Source of the DNA: Cyanobacteria bacterium auto_48_18
GTDB lineage: Bacteria > Cyanobacteriota > Vampirovibrionia > Obscuribacterales > Obscuribacteraceae
DNA: 64,000 bases
Direction of reading: 5' to 3'
Assembly: GCA_036170915.1 (NCBI GenBank)
Contig: JAVHQC010000006.1
Span: 96,001-160,000 of the forward strand
Positions 58,664 to 64,000 of this stretch are shown one piece after another. Every line of letters begins with the position of its first letter. Position 1 is the first letter of the stretch. The position numbers were made by a program, and so were the translations under genes. Under the pieces are notes generated by a model. It had not been told where the DNA came from, made no database searches, and saw only the letters and a list, made by a program, of their open reading frames with translations.

Positions 58664-60268
58664 TTGTCATTAAAGCCTGTGCTACACCTCACACAATTAT
58701 TGTTGGCCCTGTCGCTGGCAACTTCCACATCCTTAACTTTTGTCGCTTCCCCCTGTTATGCCAAAGGCAAAGATAAAGACGGCCAAAAAGCAAAAGTAGA
58801 AAAAGTCAAAATAGAGAAGACTGAAGAAAAAATTGAAGTCGAGAGTAATGCACCGGCTGTACCAAAACCGGCAGCAGCTGACATTCCAGTAGTGTCTGCG
58901 TCAAAACGCATAGCACTGACCATTTACAATCAAAACTTTGGTCTGATTAAAGACGTTCGTGATATCAATCTGACAAAAGGTATAAACTATCTTCGTTTTG
59001 AAGATGTGGCTGCCGCAATCGACCCAACATCAGTAAGTTTTGCCGCTCTCACTAATCCAAACTCAGTGGCTGTGCGTGAACAGAACTATCAATATGACTT
59101 GATGGATCAAGCCACTATTCTTTCTCGCTCAGTGGGAAAACAAGTTAAATTTCGCCAGTTCATGAGCACCGGTGGTGTGCGTGAAATTACAGGTACATTG
59201 TTGTCATCGCCCCTGGTGACTGTGGCCGACTCAAACGGCAACTTACAGCAACAGAGCCAGTCAATAGTGGTGCAAACCGCGTCTGGTGTGGTGGTAGGTC
59301 CGCAAGGCGAACTTGAATTGGCTGAGTTACCAGCTGGGCTGGTAGCTAAACCCTCTTTATTGTGGAAATTGGAAAGCGATAAAAGTGGGGTTGAAGAGAG
59401 TGAAATCAGTTATCAAAGCCGTGGCTTAAACTGGAAGTGCGACTATGTAGCCGTTGCCAACGCTGACGATAGTGCCTGTGATTTAACTAGCTGGGTCACG
59501 CTTGATAATAAATCTGGTGCGACTTATAAAGATGCTGCTCTTAAACTTATGGCCGGCGATGTGCACAAAGTTGCCGAGCAGCCACAGCCTGAGATGATGA
59601 TGGCCAGAGGGGGTGCGGCAATGGACGCTGCCAGCCCACAGTTCCAAGAACAAAGTTTTGCCGAGTACCATTTGTATTCATTGCAAAACCGCACTGACTT
59701 GCTCGACAATGAGACCAAACAGTTGACTTTATTCAATGCCAGCAAAGTGCCGGTGAAAAAACTCTTTGTTTTTGACAGCAATAATGTCTCGGCAAATTAT
59801 GACGGAAGTGGCCAGCAGAGCCAGAAAGTCAATGTCAAATTGGAAGTTTTGAATAGCAAGGAAAACAATCTGGGCATGCCCATGCCTAAAGGCAAAGTCA
59901 GAGTTTATAAAAAAGACAATGATGGAGCCCTCCAGTTTGTTGGTGAAGATCAAATCGATCACACTGCCAGAGACGAAAAAGTGCGCATCTATCTCGGCGA
60001 TGCTTTTGACATTGCCGCAGAGCGCAAACAAACAAACCAGACGCAGGTCTCAGAAAAGGTTCAGCGCGCCAGCTTCTCTATTGAAATTCGTAACCATAAA
60101 GATAGCGAAATTACAGTGACTGCAATTGAACATGCATATGGAAACTGGAAAATTATTGAGTCAAGTCAACCGCATACTAAAAAAGATGCGCACACTTTTG
60201 AGTTTGCAATAAAAGTGCCTGCCAATGGCGCGACCACTGTCACTTACACTATCGAAAATCGCTATTAA
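58664..60268 (+). CDS. Secreted DUF4139/DUF4140 family protein (tandem paralog)
   Basis: Same motifs as the previous gene; TTG start after AAGGAG inferred. Confidence 0.85.
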   Translation: MSLKPVLHLTQLLLALSLATSTSLTFVASPCYAKGKDKDGQKAKVEKVKIEKTEEKIEVESNAPAVPKPAAADIPVVSASKRIALTIYNQNFGLIKDVRDINLTKGINYLRFEDVAAAIDPTSVSFAALTNPNSVAVREQNYQYDLMDQATILSRSVGKQVKFRQFMSTGGVREITGTLLSSPLVTVADSNGNLQQQSQSIVVQTASGVVVGPQGELELAELPAGLVAKPSLLWKLESDKSGVEESEISYQSRGLNWKCDYVAVANADDSACDLTSWVTLDNKSGATYKDAALKLMAGDVHKVAEQPQPEMMMARGGAAMDAASPQFQEQSFAEYHLYSLQNRTDLLDNETKQLTLFNASKVPVKKLFVFDSNNVSANYDGSGQQSQKVNVKLEVLNSKENNLGMPMPKGKVRVYKKDNDGALQFVGEDQIDHTARDEKVRIYLGDAFDIAAERKQTNQTQVSEKVQRASFSIEIRNHKDSEITVTAIEHAYGNWKIIESSQPHTKKDAHTFEFAIKVPANGATTVTYTIENRY

Positions 60269-61287
60269 GTCGGCAGCTGCTTTTCAGCTAAGCTGTCGAG
60301 CACCAGTTGGCCCGCACCAACGATACCAGCCATGCCACCAAGGTTCGACTTGTGTATCATCAGATTTTCGCCCACTCGTGGCAGACAACGGTCGGTCACC
60401 ATCTCATGCAATAAACTAAAATCGACGCATTCAGCCATACCGCCGGTAATGATAAAAGCATCTGGGTCAAGAATGTGAGCTAGATTAACCAGACCAGCAG
60501 CAATGTGCTCGTGCCAGCTATCCATAGCTCTTTGAGCGACGATATCACCGCTTTTGGCAGCATCGACAATAGCGTAAGTAGTAAGCTTTTCACCTAAAGC
60601 GCATAGTGGCGTTTGATTGCTGCTTAAACCACTGAGAATATCTTTGGCGGTTGCAACTAAACCGCGGCCGGCGCCGTATGCTTCCCAGCAGTCAAACAGA
60701 CCGCAGGTGCAAAGCCTTTTATTGCCCATAGAAATGCGAATGTGGCCTATTTCGCCACCACCCCAGTGAGCGCCGCGAAAAAGCTTGCCATTGATTATCA
60801 GTCCGCCACCAATACCGGTGCCTAGAGTGACCACTGAAATACAACTGGTGCTCATCAGTTCTCTGGCGCTGGCTTCACCGTAAGCGGCTGCATTAGCGTC
60901 ATTATCTACCAGTGTGGGCAGCATGGTTTTTGATTCCAGCATCTGTTTCAGCGGAGTACCAGCCCAGCCTGGTAAGTTGCCGGTAGAACCAACAATTTCA
61001 CCAGTGTCGCAATTGACGATTCCAGCTGTAGCAATACCTACACCTGACAAAACATAGTCTTTCTGAAAATGTTTGATAAGGTCAATTATTGCATCGACGA
61101 TATTTTCGGGTCCGCTAGGAGTTGCTACTTGTTTCGGCTCTGAGATTAGCTTGCTGTCGATTACTGCTGCCGCTCGAATTTTTGTGCCGCCTAAGTCGAC
61201 GCCCACAGCCGGCATTCTGGTTTTGACTAAACTGTCTACAGACGTTGTTGTTGTTATTGCTTTTTCTGTCATCCTGTCTTTCCGCAC
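60265..61287 (-). CDS. ROK family sugar kinase (glucokinase-like)
   Basis: GVDLGGT, DNDANAAA, GTGIGGG, EIGH, CTCG..DCWE. Confidence 0.93.
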   Translation of the reverse strand: MRKDRMTEKAITTTTSVDSLVKTRMPAVGVDLGGTKIRAAAVIDSKLISEPKQVATPSGPENIVDAIIDLIKHFQKDYVLSGVGIATAGIVNCDTGEIVGSTGNLPGWAGTPLKQMLESKTMLPTLVDNDANAAAYGEASARELMSTSCISVVTLGTGIGGGLIINGKLFRGAHWGGGEIGHIRISMGNKRLCTCGLFDCWEAYGAGRGLVATAKDILSGLSSNQTPLCALGEKLTTYAIVDAAKSGDIVAQRAMDSWHEHIAAGLVNLAHILDPDAFIITGGMAECVDFSLLHEMVTDRCLPRVGENLMIHKSNLGGMAGIVGAGQLVLDSLAEKQLPT

Positions 61288-61293
61288 TTTCGT

Positions 61294-63474
61294 CTAGATT
61301 CCGCCCATCTGACCATGGTCTGGTGAACCTTTGAGCACCAGGCGTTGGAAAGGAATTGGCTGTCCGTACAACAAATCGAAGCCGAAACGATTAATGCCCT
61401 GAATCATGTTGCGGGTGAGCAGCACTTTAAAGTCAGGTGGTCCAATGGCTGCAGTGACGGTTTTTTGATAGGGCAACTTGCTGTCGAAGCTGTAGCCGTA
61501 ACCGCCACCGAGGGTGAGCCATTTGTTGATTTTCACGTCGCCTTGAATATTAGCTGACTTCGAGCCTTGCAGAAACTGGTCGAAGAGGAAGGGCGAACTA
61601 CCTCTGACAGCTGATTGAGTGTAGTTAGTATTGAGGTTAAAGCGGTTTGCTCTGAACAGTAAACTTGGGCCAATTTGTCCCATCAGACGTGCGTCACCAG
61701 TAGAGTATCCGCTGGCAGCAAGACCACCAAAGAAGTATCCCTTCACACCATATTTTTCATTGCCCACCGAAAATACTGGTTGGGAAACTATTTGCACTTG
61801 TTCAGAGATTCTAAAGCCACTGGTTTTGACGGTATTGGTGGTGGTGCCACCATAGAGGGCCGCAAAAGCAGGACTGGTGTTAATCAATTGTGGATTGTCT
61901 TGAGCCCAACCAGCAGAACTGCGGAAATTAACACTGGCCAGGTAAGGTATTTGTTTTGCCACAGTATGGTTGTGCACCACTTCTGCAATCAGGCGAGCTC
62001 TCCGGAAACCATACAAACCATCTTCCAGGTATCTGTTGATACCTGCCTGGAATTTTGTATTGGGTGAAAGCTTAGTTCTGAAGTCAGCCACGAGAAGGTT
62101 CGACACAGAACCATAAGCTAAGCTGGAGCTCAGTTTCTTATTGCTGAAACCGACCTGGCCTGATAAGCCAACGCCGCTACCTTCAGTACTGCCGGTTGTG
62201 CCTCTGCCGCCTATCTGCACCATTGGTGCCCAGTGAAATCTACCGGTCTTGCCCATTGACGAGTTAAAGCTCGGACCAATATTGACACCACCACTTTGAA
62301 TGTTAGAGGTGATCATCGGGGTGACGGGGAACATGATGTTGTTCTCTTGACCCGTAGTGGCAACGAACTTAGGTATTGGAATGGTGAAATTATTGAAGAC
62401 CATACGGCCGCCGAGAACAGTGAGATTACCGCTCTCTTTATATTTCTCGTAAGTCATCTTCCGTGCTTTAAAAACGAAACTTCCTTTTTCAGGAAGATAA
62501 GCATCTGGGTGGCTTAACTTGTCGGCGATATCGGTAGCTGCACTGATTGGGCCGAACATCATGTTCTTGCCGATGTGGAACGGTTTTGGGGTCTCAAGGG
62601 TGCCGTTTCTGAAGATTAAGCCGTTCTTAGTGCCATACGCGCCGCGGGCAATGACCTGAGTGCCGTTCAGCTCAGTATCTGGTTCGGTAATCAGATATTC
62701 GTCTGAATCGACTTTGAATTTAAAGGCACTGCCTAAGGTCAATTGGCCATTGCGCAAAATTTTGACGTGACCACGAGCATCAACAATATTGGTGTTCTGA
62801 TCGTAGAGAATCATGTCGGCTTCGAGTTTAGAGTTTTGCCCGCCAATGATGGCAACCGCATTACCTGTGCCGAGGAATGTGTTTTTTTCTTGATCGTATT
62901 CAGTGTCATCAGCGACAATCTGAATGGTGCCACTCAGGGTTGTGTCTTCGCTGATGGCCGCGTCCATTTCGTTCAGAACAAGGTCATCGGCGGTGGCCGT
63001 TGCTTCTAAGGTTGGCGCGTTGCGAGCGTCTTCAGCTGAGATTCGGCTGGGAGCGTCTTTATCAATTTGAGGAACTTCTGCTTGCAATGCGGCATTGCCG
63101 GCAGTGCTCTTGATAGCGCCAGCAGGCGCACCAGATTCGGTGCTTAATTCTTCACTTTCAGTAGTATCAGCTGTATCAGCTGGGGTTTCGCCAGCTGCAG
63201 ATGTAACCGGTTTAGCAACTGGTTTAGCAACCGATTTAGCTGCCGCTTTAGGCTGCGAGCTTCGAGCGCTCTGAGGCTGAGTTTCGTTCTGGTCGATTCG
63301 GGGAGTGAGAGGCAGAAGTAGCGTGCCCGAAGGTTTGCTTTTGCTTCCAGCTGAAGCCACCGCAGGTAAAGCTAAGTTTGACAGCATCAGCAGCGATAAA
63401 CTTACTGCCACCATCTTTAGAGTTTGACGATCAGTGCCTTGATTCATAGAAACCTGTTTCTTGAGCAGCATCAC
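61294..63474 (-). CDS. LPS-assembly protein LptD/OstA-like
   Basis: Signal peptide; OstA-like ADDTEYD..TFLGTGN..LEAD.ILYD..VDARGHV; beta-strand-rich C-terminus. Confidence 0.7.
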   Translation of the reverse strand: MMLLKKQVSMNQGTDRQTLKMVAVSLSLLMLSNLALPAVASAGSKSKPSGTLLLPLTPRIDQNETQPQSARSSQPKAAAKSVAKPVAKPVTSAAGETPADTADTTESEELSTESGAPAGAIKSTAGNAALQAEVPQIDKDAPSRISAEDARNAPTLEATATADDLVLNEMDAAISEDTTLSGTIQIVADDTEYDQEKNTFLGTGNAVAIIGGQNSKLEADMILYDQNTNIVDARGHVKILRNGQLTLGSAFKFKVDSDEYLITEPDTELNGTQVIARGAYGTKNGLIFRNGTLETPKPFHIGKNMMFGPISAATDIADKLSHPDAYLPEKGSFVFKARKMTYEKYKESGNLTVLGGRMVFNNFTIPIPKFVATTGQENNIMFPVTPMITSNIQSGGVNIGPSFNSSMGKTGRFHWAPMVQIGGRGTTGSTEGSGVGLSGQVGFSNKKLSSSLAYGSVSNLLVADFRTKLSPNTKFQAGINRYLEDGLYGFRRARLIAEVVHNHTVAKQIPYLASVNFRSSAGWAQDNPQLINTSPAFAALYGGTTTNTVKTSGFRISEQVQIVSQPVFSVGNEKYGVKGYFFGGLAASGYSTGDARLMGQIGPSLLFRANRFNLNTNYTQSAVRGSSPFLFDQFLQGSKSANIQGDVKINKWLTLGGGYGYSFDSKLPYQKTVTAAIGPPDFKVLLTRNMIQGINRFGFDLLYGQPIPFQRLVLKGSPDHGQMGGI

Positions 63475-63866
63475 TTTATATGATTGACCTTGTTACTACT
63501 GCATGAGACGCACGAATTAGCAGACGCGTTCCCGCCTATTGTCGCAGCAAAATCGATTCTCTTTATTACTTCCAGCCAATGATTAAGATACCCGAAGCGT
63601 TGGTTATAGCTTATTAAAGGTGGTTCTGACAACCGGGATGTCAAAGAGTTGCACGCGTTTGTCAGTCAGTCTCGGCTAAAGGCAGACAAGTACGGCTGAC
63701 TTTGCGGCAAAATGTGAAGCCACCAGGGTTGCTGCGGCTGTCAAGGCGAAGATTGTGGCACTTTTAGAATTCACCTCAGTCTAAGCAAAAAACTGATTAA
63801 CCTTGTTTAAAGTTTGATTTTCCGCCCTGTATGTGAGTGAATGAAAATATTTAGTAGAGCGCAAAC

Positions 63867-64000
63867 ATGAACCCATTTGTCTTTCACACTCCAACAAGGG
63901 TGTACTTCGGTGAAGAGTCGGCCACTTCTTGTGGAGACTTCATCCTTGAGCTGGGCGGGTCTCGAGTGCTTTTAGTATCTGATGCCTTCCTCGAAAAGAG
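63867..64000 (+). CDS. Iron-containing alcohol dehydrogenase, N-terminal fragment (runs off window)
   Basis: Manual translation: MNPFVFHTPTRVYFGEES...LGGSRVLLVSDAFL. Confidence 0.75.
   Translation, partial: MNPFVFHTPTRVYFGEESATSCGDFILELGGSRVLLVSDAFLEK

Overview
Gene-dense, mostly core-chromosomal bacterial window of about 50 CDS and 2 tRNAs from a diderm. Housekeeping genes: fadJ/B-like, dnaK, valS, efp-accB-accC, tmk, bamA-skp-lpxD-lpxC, lptD-like and a class A PBP. Cyanobacteria-like core proteins, many secreted TPR, caspase and matrixin proteins, and no photosynthesis genes in the window suggest a non-photosynthetic cyanobacterial relative (Melainabacteria/Obscuribacterales-like); this is inference only. 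I saw no integrase, transposase, CRISPR array or rRNA. Most notable: (1) two separate two-gene operons, each pairing a secreted caspase-TPR protein with a secreted lysophospholipase-type alpha/beta hydrolase, with reciprocal loss of catalytic residues (pseudo-caspase with intact hydrolase, versus intact caspase with pseudo-hydrolase); (2) several other apparent pseudoenzymes (calpain-like, GGDEF, two DEDDh folds); (3) a 53-bp dispersed intergenic element built from TACAAC-N6-GTTGT palindromes, present twice; (4) partial tandem duplications giving stand-alone domain proteins (POTRA-only, transporter C-terminal domain); (5) a SRAP/HMCES-family protein ending in a QLSLF beta-clamp motif. Family assignments come from motif recognition by eye, not database searches.
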